A stretch of DNA of 64,000 bases, from positions 1 through 64,000 of the forward strand of contig JAPEUD010000052.1 in the NCBI GenBank assembly GCA_026026165.1. The letters are read 5' to 3'. A model generated the notes under the pieces. That model was not told the DNA's origin and searched no databases. It was given only the letters and a program-made list of their open reading frames with translations. Every line of letters starts with the position of its first letter. Position 1 is the first letter of the stretch. The translations under genes were made by a program, and so were the position numbers. This document shows positions 49,626-63,875 of the stretch, piece by piece. This DNA is from Sarea resinae (taxonomy: Eukaryota).

Positions 49626-51507
49626 TATGGGCAACAGCAAGCGTCAGTCAAGCGTATAACGGCGAGATAAAGGTCGGAATCGACAGCAGACGCAAGGCGC
49701 TGCGATAAAAGTAGTGGCAGTCTTGGAGGCAATAAAGAGGCATTGAACAGCGCTTTAGGGGATCTTCAGTCACAGGAGGTGACGGGGCTGAGGGTAAGAA
49801 GTGAGATTTGAAGAGCGAAGGGCGGAACGACAGAGTTGCAGATGATAAGATATATCTGGGGGAAGGGGAGCGTGCCCCGCCAAAAAGAGATGACCATACA
49901 TGAGAAGCGAACATGTGAAGGGGGACGGGACCAGACTTGGCGGGACAGGGGTGGGGCTTGGGAGGGAGAGGGGTGGCAGAGGAGGGTGCCACGCTCCATG
50001 CAGCAATGATGCAGGACCACGAGGGGTACAGGGACTCTGGGGAACCACAACAAACTGGGATGGATTGCGAGAGAGAGACACAAAGGACTGGCTTACCGAA
50101 GAATGAGAGAGAATAATATCAAGCAACGCCTAATCTCCGGGGCACTCCGAGAAAGCTGAGCAGTCCGATGAACGATGATAGGGAAATACGAAGAAAGAAA
50201 AGGTTGGTTGCTCGAGCACGCCCGTCTGATTCGGTAGGACAGTAGCAGCCAGAGGTCTGCGTATCAGCATCGTCTGTCCCGCTTCTCCGACTCTCTGACC
50301 GAGCTGCCAATGATGACGGGCCGCGTTACCGACGATGAGGAATGTTGCTCATGGTTTGCGTCTCTGCGTGTCTGCGTGTCTGGCGGTGGCCGACCGGGGA
50401 GGGTCTGCACGGCCTGCACGGCCTGCATACTTCAGTAGTGTGGGGAAGGATAAGCATACCGTCCCAGCTTCCAGAAGATGGACGGGACTCGTCCTTCTAG
50501 ACGCGCCGATTGTCGACGCTTACTCGGTTGTATCCCGGATGCGGGGAGAGGAAGGGCCACGCTATGACGACGGGGCCCACGACCACCAACACTTCGTAGT
50601 CGACCCCAGCCCCCAAGCCACCCAAGCCATCCTCCACTCGTCCGCCGTGAGATCCATCCAAGACATCCAAGACATCGAAGAACTCGAAGACATCGAAGAT
50701 GATCGGGCATGATCGACGATGGATGCCCTCCCTCGGTCGAGCCAGACCAGACGACTGCGCAGCAGTGACGAGCACTGTCCATGGCGGCATGAAGAGAGTA
50801 CTCCGGAGTACATAGTACTATCCATGCTTCTACGACTCTATTCCCTCGAATCTCGCGAATCTCTCGACTCCGTAGTCAAGGTACTCTTAGACTTGGTAGC
50901 CACGGCTGCGACAGCCGCAGCTATGCACGCTCGGCTTTGTGGAACAGACCCGACTTCCATGATTACGGCCATGGCGACTACGGTAGCGTGCTCGTCACCG
51001 TATCTCCGGTATTTCCTCCTTCCGGCCCAAGGTACCAAAGACTCCAGTGGACCGGCCGCTTCACGGGAAGCCTCAGGTATCGAAGACATCGTACTACCTA
51101 CCTACCGAGTCACTACCTACCTACTTTTGGGGTGGGGCGTCCGCGATAGTCTAAGCTATCAAATCGACGTAAACCAGAGAGACGTGGAGCGACAGCGCGC
51201 AATGCAACGCCATGCGTCGATAGATAATCGTATGTATCGGAATCTTCCAGCCGTACACTCTAGCTTTGGCCTAGACGTCCGTCATCGTAAGGGCCGGTAG
51301 CCACGCTCCGCAAACGGACTGCCTCTCGGCTCTCTCGGTAAGCCATCTCCAGGGAAGGGAGCCCGTCTGGTAGCGCTGTAACGGCCAGCTCCCCCAGGAT
51401 CATCGTGAAGAAGCAAGAAATCGGTTCAACCTATGTTCCATTGAATTATCAACTAAATTGAGTCGAGTTTTAAGAATTTCTCTGACAGTCTCTGTATATG
51501 TTCAACA

Positions 51508-53011
51508 TCACGCTGCCTTCACCCCTACAGGTTTCTTCTTCTCCGAGCCCTGAGGCATTTTCAAACCCACGAGCACCAGAGCGCAGACACCAAGCATGCC
51601 AGCACCTCCAATAGCATACGCCGATTCCCTGCCTGCCCACCAATATAGCGAGCAGAAGATCAGAGGACCAAGGGCTCTGCCAAATTGACCTGTCGAATGA
51701 CTTTGCGTTAGCAGCTGCTGCGCCCACAGGAAAGAAACGTCAACTGTACCCCAACTCCTATGATTCCCGAGCTTGCTCCCTCTTTCACCAGCCCCAGCTT
51801 CGAAGCTACTGAGACTATTCAAACCGGTCACCACCGTCGCTGTTGTGACGGCCAACAAAGCGGCGGCTATATAGAGTGTTGCCTCTGTCCTAAGCCGCCC
51901 TAGAAGAAAGAAGCTGATGGCACAGCTTAGTACTCCCGTCTGTACTACCCTCAAAGGATGAGCTCTTCGGGTGAAACCTCCTTGGATGACTGATGCGAGA
52001 ATCCCAATAAATCCAAGAAGCCGTCCCGACTGCGAAGGACCATACGAGAAGAGGTCGTACGTCATGAAGGGCAGAGAGAATTCCATCCCGGAGAAGAAAA
52101 GGATAAAGAGGAAATGCGTCGAATTGAGCATCAAGTGACTGTTCGTTCGCGATGCGGATCCAACGGTCTGCTGGTTTTTTGCCGAGCCGTTGACAGCAGA
52201 CCGAGGGACAGAAGGACGGGTTTCAGGGAGATATAAATATAGATATACAGTCTCGATGAGAATGAGGGTCAACGAGAAGCCTGCAGCAGTCGCAAAGGGA
52301 TTTGCTGCTACTGTACTGATACTAGCCAAGGCGGCGCCCAGGGCCGGACCAAATGTGAAGGCGATGGAAAAGCAAATGCCGACGATAGCCATGGTAGCCC
52401 CGCGCTGCTTGTCATCGCTGATGTCCGTAGCAATGGCCATAGCCAGTTGCACATTGCCTTCACTCAGCCCGCCCACTATCCTGCTTGCAAGGAAGGTGCG
52501 GAAGTCCGTCGCGGCAACCCAGAGAGCCACGGAGAGGATGTTCCCCACCATGGAGGCCAGCAATGCCTTGCGTCTACCATACTTGTCCGAAAATCTGCCA
52601 ATAACTGGCGAAGCAATTGCTTGCAGGAATGAGAAGAGACCTGTTGATGAAGAATATCAGCATTTGTAAGTATCTATGTCTGGAATCGAGCGATTTCCTT
52701 ACTTCCCAAAGCCCCTCCAAGAAGAACCACGTCGTACTTGCCACTTATGGGACGTGAGAATGAATTCTTATATGCATTTAGACCGCGTAATATACGATTG
52801 AGAAGTGAAGTTGAGCTCTCGCTTGGTGCTTCGAGATTGCGGTAGAATTCGAGGAGATTCGGATAGAGAGGTAAGATGAAGGTGAATGATATCTGGATTG
52901 CTGTTAATGTCGACGCCTTCCTACGAAGACCAACCGGGAACCTACTAGATCTAGTAGAAGTGATATGAACAGGACTTTGAGGACCTTGCGTCTTTCCGCC
53001 GGTCCAGCCAT
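51508..53011 (-). CDS. MFS transporter, DHA1/TetA-like (MFSD10-like)
   Basis: VLFISLLLDL-ISFTFILPL, motif A GRFSDKYGRR, GGLSEGNVQ and AFTFGPALG; three introns. Confidence 0.9.
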
Positions 53012-56000
53012 GGCGAAAGTGCAGTGTAAAGGTAGAGATATTCGGTCACTTTTCAATTATACAGTAAGAGCAAAGGCTACCCGGAGCAGCACGAAACCTT
53101 GAATGATACGGCAGCTCAAACGCGAATGGGGCCGCAAAGCAAATAGAAACAAGTCAATGAAGAGTAATAGTACATGGGTATGGACAGAAAGTGAAAGAAT
53201 GAAGAACGCGGCAGTACAGATGCTGAGCAATAGGTAATGCTCGGCGCTTGGCGCTTTATCACGAGTACGAAGTACGAGCTCTACTCCGTAGAGTAAGGTG
53301 ATGTAAGGTGAGCGAGCAGCAGCAGCAGCCTTACGGTGCGCTTCGTACTTTGTACTTTGTACTCCGTACCTTACAGCGGCAGATCCTGCTGACAAGTACT
53401 TCGCATCCGGAACGTGCGTCTAGATGCTTCAGTACGGTCTCGTCCTGATCCAGAATGCCCATGATCTTCTAAGCAGGACTCTACGCCGCCATCGTTTGAT
53501 TCAGCATCAGGAAAGATTTCTACGTTCATCCACGATTCTTCCTCACGGAAAGAGTATTCGTGAGAGGCTTACTGCTTCGGTAGGTAGATTCGGAAGACAA
53601 GTCCATAGAGATGTAACATTATTGTCTAAATTCAAAGGTGCTTGATATGGACCGTATTTGGCACCCCTTGAAGATCGATCATATCGTCTTTCGTTGCTGG
53701 CCGCCGACCTTGGCAGCTCAAAGTGGGATTCGAAGTTTCTTGTATTCCATACACTTCTCCCATCAGCATCTTTTTCCAAGGTTGCCCTGTCAGCAGTGAA
53801 CTTTCTCCAGGTACTACTGGCGTACGTAGCCGTGCAGGACGACACTTCAGAGAAATGGTGATCATCGTTCGTCTCGCTTTTCGCAACGCAGATCGGGGCA
53901 GCTAGCCCACGCCAACCGCTCTTAGACCAATCTTCTTAAATGATGACCGACAGCTGCGCTCCATAAATCATTCCAACGACGACATGCGAGCGACGCACAG
54001 CTTGAGGGGGATATCTTATCCTCAACGAGCCCTGGAGACTCTCAAATCTACGGGTGGTCAAAGGGTCGTGACGCAAACGATCATTTGATAAAGGTAGTCG
54101 CCCGCCTTATCGAGAGTTGGGGTCTCTGAAAGGCCACTGACTCATGCATGTTCATTCACAAGCATCCATGAGTTGACATCCATTCATGGATATTCATATT
54201 CATCCATTTCCGTTCCTATTCTTCCTCGTTCCCTTTAATGGCTGGGCCAGTCCGTTTGGTGATTCGAGAAGTCCAGCTATCAATTCGGGGCCCCGGAAGT
54301 TCCGCGGGTGTGCCACACGAGGCGGTAAACAAGGTAGTTATCGTGGTACGATGATGGCGAATGGGTTGGCTGCATCGGAGGTTTTGTGGATTTGGGGCTT
54401 TGTGCTCGACTCCGTACGAAGTACTCGAGTCGAACCGCCACCGGGAACGATCGGTGCAACGGCGGCCACGTACTTCGTAGAAAGATCTCAAAGAATACTG
54501 GAAGCCCCCGACCTCGTCAATCTACGATGTAGCTGGAGTGCACGACCGAGTCCGGACCCGACGGATGGCGACACCACGTTGGGTCGCACTCGTGAGGATC
54601 TAGCCTGTTGCGAGGCGAGCTCGAGAGTCTGAGCTTCTTTGATGCTTTCAAGTTTTCTTTGAGTATCAGATGAATCATGAGTCTACCGTCCGTCGTGGGC
54701 CGGCCATTGTTGAGCGAAATCACATTGATATTCAGACTGAGAAGTGGCCCCTCTGTGGCTGGCCGCCGGTGATGGGGAAGCGGCGAAGGAACAGTACCTG
54801 TGTTTCGAAACGGCCATGGGCATCAGAGATCTCGGCGCCTAGGATCGAGATGGACAGAGGGCCGTGGCAGTCTAGAATCGTGCATGAAGATACGAGGATT
54901 TCACCATGATCTCGAGATGAAGGATGGAAGGAATTTGATAGCCTATATAGGTCCTTGGCCTTCGATCCGCGTCCACTACCACGTAGGCCGCAGGTATGCG
55001 GCAGGTTTGATGATGGGAAGTTCATGAGGCTTTTCGCTTTCGCGTGCACAGGTCGCGCGCAAGGCTCCTCATCTCCTTGTCTCCTTGTGTGCACTACAGT
55101 ACCGAGCTTAGTACTGCGTACTGCGTACTGCGTGCTGTGGTACTCCGGCTCAGGGAGGACGACGGTGAAATGCGTGGCTGCATCCGCCTAACCCTGGCGG
55201 CTTAGTGTCCCGAGCCAGGGCGTTTCAGATCGGCAGTGGAGGCAGGAACGGGGGGAACGGGGGGGAGCATGGCCAAGGGGGGCCCAATCGTAACAAAGCC
55301 AACGCCACCAGGGTCCCAGGTCCCTGACGTCGCTTCCGCCATCCCCTCTCACCCTGAGTGGAGGTGACAAGAATTGCGCGGCCACCTGATGAGTGGATGA
55401 GATTCGGATTGAGATTCCACCTCACCTGGGCTCACCTCATCTCATCTCATCGTTCTGAGGAGCTCCCCTCAGAGGCACTATGTGTCCGTAGCACACCGGT
55501 GAGAACAATGAAGGACCAGGAGACATCGATCCATTGATGCCACTCCACCTCACCTCACCCACTTTACGGCGTCTCAGTACTCGTGCAGGCGGTGGGAGAT
55601 GTACTCATGTCTACATAGTGCAGTCCCTGGGGATCGACGCAGGCACTCTCGCCTGTGCCTTGGATCACGTCCAAGGTCTACCTAATATCCGTAGCGGGAC
55701 GCCTATCATCTAGGGGTATTCCGTCGACAAGGAGTCAGGCTTTGACACGCCGAACGACGCCTCGTCCCCCTGTTTCGCAATCGTCAATTCCCGGTCTCTG
55801 CCCACTCCCTCTACCCCAGAGCTGCGTGACATGATACATCAATAAAGCCACATGCCTACACCCATTCGTTTCTCTTTCTCCCTCCCTCTCTCTTTCACCT
55901 CCACCACTGTCTCTGGTCTTCGAAGCCTCACGTTCATTTTTCCCATCCCCATCGCACCCTCAAGTCGTTCGTACACTTCACTCTTTACAGTGTGCAAGGG

Positions 56001-56314
56001 CTAGTCCTTCTTTCACCGCGTTCTGTTTATTCACATATCCTCCCAGTCGATCTGGACTCGCGATCAAAGCCGATTGCCCATCACACCCCCATTCACTCTT
56101 TCGGCAGCCCAACTAGAGAGACACGAACAGTATTGAGCAGTGCTCCGTCCGAACCTCACTTCTTTCGTCCCACGATCAGTCGTACAGAATCCACCCCACC
56201 ACCGTCGCCTTCGTCAATATCCAGGTGAAAGACAAAGCATCTCGGCTGCCATCCGTCACTCGTTAAATAGAGCCGTTCACATCCAATTTCCTGATCATCC
56301 TCATCGTCATCATC

Positions 56315-57405
56315 ATGCGTTCCTCTGCCTTGATCTCAGCGCTCTTCGTGAGCTGCGCGTTCAGCTCTCCTCTCGTCAAGCGTGTCTATGTCACAGACGT
56401 GGACACCGTCTATGTCACCGACACGGTCACTGCTGGCCAAGCTGCTGCGACGACCGTCTCCTCAGCCACTTCGACTTACACTCCCCCAGCTGTCACCGTC
56501 ACGGCCACGGCCTCGGCCTCGTCCAGCATCTCCTCGAGCGCTCAGGCTGCCGTCGTTTCTTCTAGCAGCCCTGCAGCACAAGAGCAACTCTATCAAGCCG
56601 CATCTAGTGCCTCGAGTGCCTCGACCTTCTCGACCGCGTCGACCTTCTCGACCGCGTCGACCTTCTCGACTGCATGGACTTCGACTTACGAGGCTTCCTC
56701 CAGCAGCTCGGTTCCATTGGCGACTGCTTCCCCTTCTGCGGCCGCTTCATCGTCGGGCCTCTCCGCCTATGACCAGTATGTGCTAAACAGCCACAACGCT
56801 CATCGTGCCAACCACTCTGCCTCGGACATTGGCCATGACGGCACTTTGGCTTCGATTGCGTCAACGATTGCGCAGAGCTGCAAGTTTGCACATAACCTGT
56901 AAGTTGTTTGTTCCACCAACACAACTGAGGTTTTTTCTGACAGGATGATAGCGATGTCGCTCAGGGCAACTACGCTGCCGGCAGCTATGGCCAAAACATC
57001 GCCGAAGGAGTGCCTGCGTCTAACATTTCCGTCATCATCTCTGACATGTTCTACAATGGTGAAGTGGGTTTGTTCGACAATCTTTACAATCAAGCCACTC
57101 CGGATATGTCCAACTTCGAGAGCTGGGGTCACTTTTCGCAATTGGTGTGGAAGGGAACCACTCACGTTGGTTGTGCTAGCCAATACTGCCCCAATGGTGT
57201 GACTGTGGACGGTTCAAACTCAGGCCAAGCAAACACCTTCACCGTCTGCAACTATTCTCCTCGAGGTAAGCCTTGTTTGATCTCGTTGCACACGGACCAT
57301 ACTAACAGACTTGCAGGGAATGTTGAAGGCGAGTATGCCACAAACATCGGTTCTCCTCTCAACAAGGAGCCGGTTTTCAGTCTTGGGCAAGTCCCGGGCT
57401 TGTAA
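56315..57405 (+). CDS. Secreted CAP-superfamily (SCP/PR-1/Pry-like) protein with Ser/Thr/Ala-rich linker
   Basis: Signal peptide plus KR site, HNAHRANH, YGQNIA, WGHFSQLVWKGT and FTVCNYSPRGN. Introns 56899-56943 and 57266-57316; 18-nt STFSTA repeat x3 at ~56621-56674. Confidence 0.92.
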
Positions 57406-58294
57406 ACAGCTTCTCGAGCGACCTCATCGCATAGCGTGGCGCGTGTGCTGTTGATCGTCCTAGCTTTCAATGACCAGCATTAGAAGTCTTCCGATAAATA
57501 CACCATTTGCTCTCGGTGGTTCCTAGGCCACCCATCGGTCATGTCTGGTACATTCCCAGTGCCTGGCTTTGGACACTGAGAGTCATTTCCGCATGTCTGG
57601 GGGTCTCACACTCGTTGTGAATTCGGGTTTCGGGTTTTCGCTTTTTTTTATTCGCTGGCAGGCTGCGCACAACCTCGAGGCTTCAATATGTACTTTTGTG
57701 TAGCTCTTGTTACTGTTGCTCATCGGTGGCTTCGAGACAATCTGCTTGAAGGTGCTTCGAAGCATTGAGGTTGACGAGGCTGTAGGCTTTCGATTCTTTG
57801 TGCATTATCTTGCCCTACGCTGGATCTCGTCCGAGATTTGGCATTGACAATATTCGCTTCTCCCCCAAACATGTAGGACAAGAAATACTGAGTCCTCAAA
57901 GGGACACTGCGTTCATGCTCTGGCTCGTGCTTGTGATGATTGATCAGTGACATGATGCTTGGTCTGGAATAGGATACGGATTTGGCGACGAGAAAAATGA
58001 TGAGAGTAGAGTAGGTCAAGGTATATCTACTACTATCGCCTGGGTTTGTATACAAAAGGGGTGGTAAGGGGGCTTTCCCAGGAGGGGTTGATTGTAAGAT
58101 ATACTCGAGTACTGCGTAGGTAGTTCTAGAGTATCGCGTATCTCGATCACGTCGACACTATCAGCCACTAGTCCGACGTCATACTGAATGTCTTACTCCT
58201 TCCATTCTCCACCGTCCACGAGTACAATCGCAGCTTCCCGTCGCAACATAAAGTCAATCGTCATCGCAATAGATCCGAGGTCGTCAAGGAAGAC

Positions 58295-61014
58295 ATGGCG
58301 ACTGATGCGCAAGAAATTCCGGGCGCCAGACCTGGGCAGAATGCCTCGAGTCAAGGCCCTATCTCTCAAGGCTTGAAGCTTGTAAATCGGCTAAATGAAA
58401 GCCGCAGTCCATACGTAAGTGTCTGGCCCGTCAGCCCCTCCTCGATATATGATCGCATCGGAGAGTCATGATTCAAACACCAATGAAGTCGAAGAAGAGA
58501 CTGAAAATGGCGGATTGGACAGGTTCGAGGTCATATGAACAACCCGGTGGCATGGCAGATGTGGGGTCCGGAGGCGCTTGGCTTGGCGAAGAAGTGGAAT
58601 AAGCTGCTCTTTGTGAGCATTGGATACGCAGCTTGCCACTGTGAGTAGTGCCCCTTCCTTTTTGTCGAATACTCTAACGGGATTCTGGCGCCAGGGTGTC
58701 ATGTCATGGAGCGCGAATCGTTCATGTCGAATGAGATTGCCGCAGTGCTCAACAGCTCGTTCATTCCCATCAAGGTGGACCGAGAAGAACGTCCAGATAT
58801 TGATCGCATCTATATGAACTACGTGCAGGCTACAACCGGCTCTGGAGGCTGGCCGTTGAACGTTTTTCTCACCCCCGACCTTGAGCCCGTCTTCGGAGGC
58901 ACGTATTGGCCCGGCCCGAATTCTTCGACGGTGATGGGGAACGAGCATGTGGGGTTCTTGGAGATATTGGAGAAGATGAGAGATGTTTGGAATGGTCAGG
59001 AAGAGAGGTGCTTGTCGAGTGCGAAAGAGATTACGGCGCAATTGAAAGAGTTTGCTGCCGAAGGAACGATGAGCTCTGGCGCCAAGGCCGAGGATGATGG
59101 CGATGGAATCGATATCGATTTGCTGGAGGAGGCGTATCAGCACTTCGTAGGACGTTACGATAAGGCACATGCTGGATTTGGGGTTGCTCAAAAGTTTCCG
59201 ACTCCCGTGAACCTATATTTTCTGCTTCGGCTGGGACAGTTCCCGTCGGCGGTGGAGGATGTCGTCGGAGCGGCAGAGTGTGAGCATGCTGCTCTGATGG
59301 CGATCAACACACTACGAAGCATGGCAAGAGGCGGTATCCATGATCACATCGGAAATGGTTTCGCCAGGTACTCGGTCACAAGGGACTGGAGTCTGCCCCA
59401 CTTTGAAAAGATGTACGCACTATCTCTGATATTTGCTTGCTCGAGTTGCTAACAGATCACGACTCAGGCTTTACGACCAAGCACAGCTTTTGAATGTCTA
59501 CCTAGATGCATTCCTCGCCTCCAAAGACCCTGAAATGCTCGGCGCCGTCTACGACATTGCAACCTATCTCACTGACTCGCCCCTCACATCTCCAAATGGC
59601 GGTTTCTTCTCCGCCGAAGACGCAGACTCGTACTACCGTCCCGGTGACACTGAAAAGCGTGAGGGCGCCTTCTACGTCTGGACGCTCAAGGACCTGCAGA
59701 CCATTCTGGGAGAGCGCAACGCCGAAGTCTGCGCCCGCTTCTGGGGCGTGAGTGCGCATGGCAATGTCAGCCCCGAGCATGATGCCCACGACGAGTTCAT
59801 CAACCAAAACGTTCTTGCTGTGAAGAGCACACCTGCAGTGCTGAGTAAGGAGTTCGGCCTCGGTGTCGACGAGGTGGTCGGGATCTTGAAGGAAGGCCGA
59901 AGGAAACTGAGAGAGCACCGAGAGAGAGAGCGGCCGAGACCGAATCTCGACGATAAGATCATAGTCGCGTGGAATGGACTTGCCGTCGGTGCGTTGGCGA
60001 GGGTGAGCGCTGTTCTTGAAGAGGTCGACCCGGACAAATCAAGGGTCTATCGAGACTCTGCTGAGAAGGCCGTTGCGTTTATTCGCCGAGAGCTGTACGA
60101 CGAGACGACAGGGCTGCTGAAGAGAATATACCGCGAGGGGCCTGGAGAAGCCCCGGCGTTTGCGGACGACTATGCGTTTTTGATCCAGGGACTGATCGAG
60201 CTGTACGAAGCCACCTTCAATGACGTCTACCTCGAATTCGCCGATAAATTGCAAAGTCAGTCCCATTCACCGCTACTCTCCTAACCGCCCCCTTTCCCTC
60301 TCTGATAGAAAAATGCTGACCTATGAATAAACAGAGACACAACTCTCCCTTTTCTGGGACACGCCGCACCACACGACGCCCAGCACAGGTGGCGGTTTCT
60401 TTTCCACCCCGGCTTCGCAACCCGACCTTCTCCTCCGCCTTAAAGACGGCATGGACAACGCCGAACCCTCGACAAACGGCATCTCAGCCCAGAACCTCTT
60501 CCGCCTTTCGTCCCTCCTCGAAGACCCCTTGTACGCCGCCCGCGCCAAAGAGACGATTGCCGCATTCGCTCCCGAGGTCCTGCAGCACCCCTCCCTCTTC
60601 GTCAGTATCTTGCAAGCAGTCGTCGGGGCGGAATGCGGGGTGCGCTGCACGATCGTATGCGGAAACGAGGACGAAGACGGTGACGGCGCGAATTATCGAG
60701 GAGAGGGGGGAGAACGACAGGAGAGAGCGAAACTCGTCAAGGACAAGCTGCGGGCGTGGAAGGCGGAAGCGACGGAGAAGCCGAGCGTGCTCGTCCGTCT
60801 TGATCCCGCGCGACGCAGGGAATGCGAGTGGTTGAGGGCCCGCAACAGCGTGTTGTCCGCCATGGAGATTGACGAGAGACGGATCCTGGTCTGCGAGAGG
60901 GGCGTTTGTAGTGAGGAGGGCGTGGACCTTGGCGGCTTGAGCGAGGCGTTGAATGCTGTTGGTGGGGAACAGCCGATGGATGTCGATGGTCTAGAGAAGT
61001 CGGACGCGCGATGA
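58295..61014 (+). CDS. SPATA20/SSP411 (YyaL) thioredoxin-DUF255 plus alpha/alpha-barrel protein
   Basis: NRLNESRSPY-VRGH.NNPVAW, GYAACHWCHVMERESF, IKVDREERPDID, GGWPLNVFLTP, PHFEKMLYDQ and DNAEPSTNG; four introns. Confidence 0.93.
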
Positions 61015-61055
61015 TGATGATTCTTATGAGGTTGTTGATGTTGACGATAACAATT

Positions 61056-61080
61056 GGGGGGGGGGGGGGGGGGGGGGGGG
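61056..61080 (+). repeat. G25 homopolymer
   Basis: 25 consecutive G residues, 41 nt after the SPATA20-like stop codon. Confidence 0.9.
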
Positions 61081-62136
61081 AATATGGAATACTCGGGCGA
61101 GCCTGGTTTGAGTCGAGCCAGCCGCCATCTATTGCGTGCAGTTTTTTTCGAGGATTTTCTTTCGGCTCGGTTTTCTCTCGTCTCGGGATTTTTGCCAATC
61201 AGTTTGTCCGTTTATAAATCTTTTTTTTGGGGGGGAATTTTGGGCACTCTTTGGCCTTTCATCTTCTTTTTGTTATTCTTCTCTTTTTGTATCTCCTCCC
61301 CCCACCTCCCCCTGTTTCCCCTCGCGAGCCGATTTCCATCTTTCCATCACCCCATCTCTCATCTTCTCTTCGCTCCTCTTCGCTCCTTCCTCTCATCTTC
61401 CCAGCTCGCCATTCCTCTCCTCTCATATAGACCCTTAATACCATACCATACTATACTATACCATACCATGCCATACCCATACCAGACCAGACCATACCCA
61501 TTTCCACCCCGACACTTCTCACCCCTCACATATTTCCTTCGTGGACCCCTAGACACACACACACGAGAGAGAAGGAGAGAGAAGAGGGTGGGGCCGGGGG
61601 CGGTCGATCTCGCGTCAAGTGCATGCATGCATCTATCTGGGATATCTGATGAATACCGACTAGGATCCATGTACTACTACTACGAGAGTATCTGCTACCA
61701 TGAGAGTATCTGCATCTGCTTTCTAGATATCGGTAAAATGCCGCGAATGAGGGACGGCGTGGCTTTCGACGTGACCTTGACTTTGGCTGGCTGAGTGAGT
61801 GAATGAGGGACCGTGGCCCCCCCCCCCCCCCCCTTCCCTTTCCCTTTTGACACTTGGGCAAATGAATACAAAATATGGCCCCCTCTCCATCCATCCATCC
61901 ATCCATCCATCCAACGCCCTTTGTGAACACTACACCAAAAAATAGAACCTTTACAGAAGCCCTGATTCCTATTTGCCTAGTCCCTGCACCAGAAGATATA
62001 TGTATTGGTATGGCTTCCAGCTCTCGGGCAGCGGCAGTGGCCGAGCAGGCTCGGGAGATTGAAGGCGTGATACTAGCTAGACATGGACATAGCCATAGCC
62101 AGGATAAGTGAGACGGGCACCTGATGTCATGCATGA

Positions 62137-63875
62137 TCATGGCGGCGGCGGCGGCGACGAGGACGACGAGGACGACGCCGCCGCCACACCCCTAACGCCA
62201 CCGGCTACGATCTCAAATTCCGTCCCCTTGATCCCGTCATCTGGCTCGGCGTAGGATGCAAAGACCACTTTGAAGTAGCGCCGCCACGTGCGCGTTCGGG
62301 TCTGGCTACTCGAGTTCCCCGACCCGCTTGGGAGTGGGAGTGGGAGTGCCTGCGACTGCGGCGCCGACTCCGGGTGCGATTCTTGCCCTTGCTGCTGCCC
62401 GAACCGCGGTGTGTGTTGGTGTTGGTGTTGATGTTGATGTGGATGCGATTGATTTTCATATGGTTGAGGATGATGTGAGTGATTTTGCTGTTGATGTAGA
62501 TATTGATGGTGGCGCTGTGAGGGAAGGACGGGCTCTTTGAGTAGTGTGATCCGGGCTGCAATTTGGTTCGTCCAGACGAGACCTAAGGAGGGAGTTTTGA
62601 GGTTGAGGTTAAGATTGAGACTAGGATTCGTGTCGTACGGATTAGAGGAGTAGAAGAGAATGGAATCGACTGGCGAGGCTATATCGCCCCAGCCTGTAAA
62701 CCACCGTTGCTGGTGGTCCAGCGTCAGAGGGTCCGATGAAGGAGAGGGATGAGATGGTCTCCTCGGCCCCGTTATTGATGCTGGATTTTGCGCTGGACCG
62801 TGTTGTGGTGTTGGAGAGGGCTGAGACGGTAGAGCCGAGTGTGGTTGTGGTGATGGCGGTGCTGGAGGCTGGGCCGCCCGTATAGCGCGCGCGGGAGGCT
62901 CGAAACGGTCAGCCACCTGGTTAGACACCACGATAGCAACGTCGTATTCGTGAGCAAGACTTCGTAGGAGCGCGCCCAGACGTGTGAGGTCGGCTGAACG
63001 TTGCGCCATTGCTGCTCCGTTGTTTGAGCTCGTGCCATTACTGGCGGCAGCACCGCCCGTACCGGGTTTAGAGGACATTTCGGCGCGAAAGTTCGCGGCG
63101 ATGGAGTCGATGATTACGAGGCCTACGTTGTGACGACGAACGGCAACGGGGACCTGGTATCGGAGGATATGGTCTTGGGATTCGAGATCCGGGGTTTGGA
63201 TGCTGAGGATGTTGGAGAGGGAGGGCTTGTCTCCTTTTCCGGGGCCAGGTGTGCCGGTGCCTTCAGTGAGGAGGGGATGCGTTCGCAGAAGCTGGTAGAG
63301 GCGCTGGGTAGAGAGGGGCGCCTCAGTTGAGACGTAGATAGCTGATTTGGATAGGCCGTGAGGCGAGGGCATTTGGACGGCTAGCAAGAGGGTGAGGAGG
63401 AGCTGGGTTTTGCCTGCGCCGCTATTCCCCATTGTTAGAATGAAAGTCATGTCAACGTCGTACGGAAAGCCTACCTCTCCCCGGTGACTTCTGTTAGATA
63501 TCCCGTCGGTATCCCACCGCCCAACGCGTCGTCCAGCAGGGCATCCAGCATGCTGATCCTGCCACTACTCTCCACCATTGCCCTGCCATTCTTCCTCAAT
63601 ATGCCTCTCTGTTCTCCATCCTCCGCGGCAGCATCTCCAGTACTGCCGTTATCCCCCTCTTGTGCTTTGACGCCCAATTCCGTATGCAGAGCATCAACGA
63701 TCGCGTTGGAGAGCCTGCGCAGCTCGAGCAGCGGCAGCTGCGCTCGTTTGGCTATCTCCAAGGCATCGAGGGTGATGAGATCAGTAGTCGTGATCAGACT
63801 CCTCTCCAAAGATGGCAGCAGATGCGAAAAGTCTTTGACGGGAAATGTCGGTAGCGTGTCCAGAAGGTCTGTCAT
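62137..63875 (-). CDS. rad57: Rad51 paralog Rad57/XRCC3
   Basis: Walker A GESGAGKT across the intron (~63474-63423), YVSTEAPL, Walker B IIDSIAANFR, VVSNQVADRF and PSLGLVWTNQIA. Confidence 0.92.

Noticed and set aside
49700..51450. Several 60-190 aa ORFs upstream of facC
   Set aside because: No family motifs or consistent splice structure; probably promoter/UTR.
53057..56300. Short ORFs between the MFS and CAP genes
   Set aside because: No recognisable protein or ncRNA signature; probably a long divergent regulatory region.
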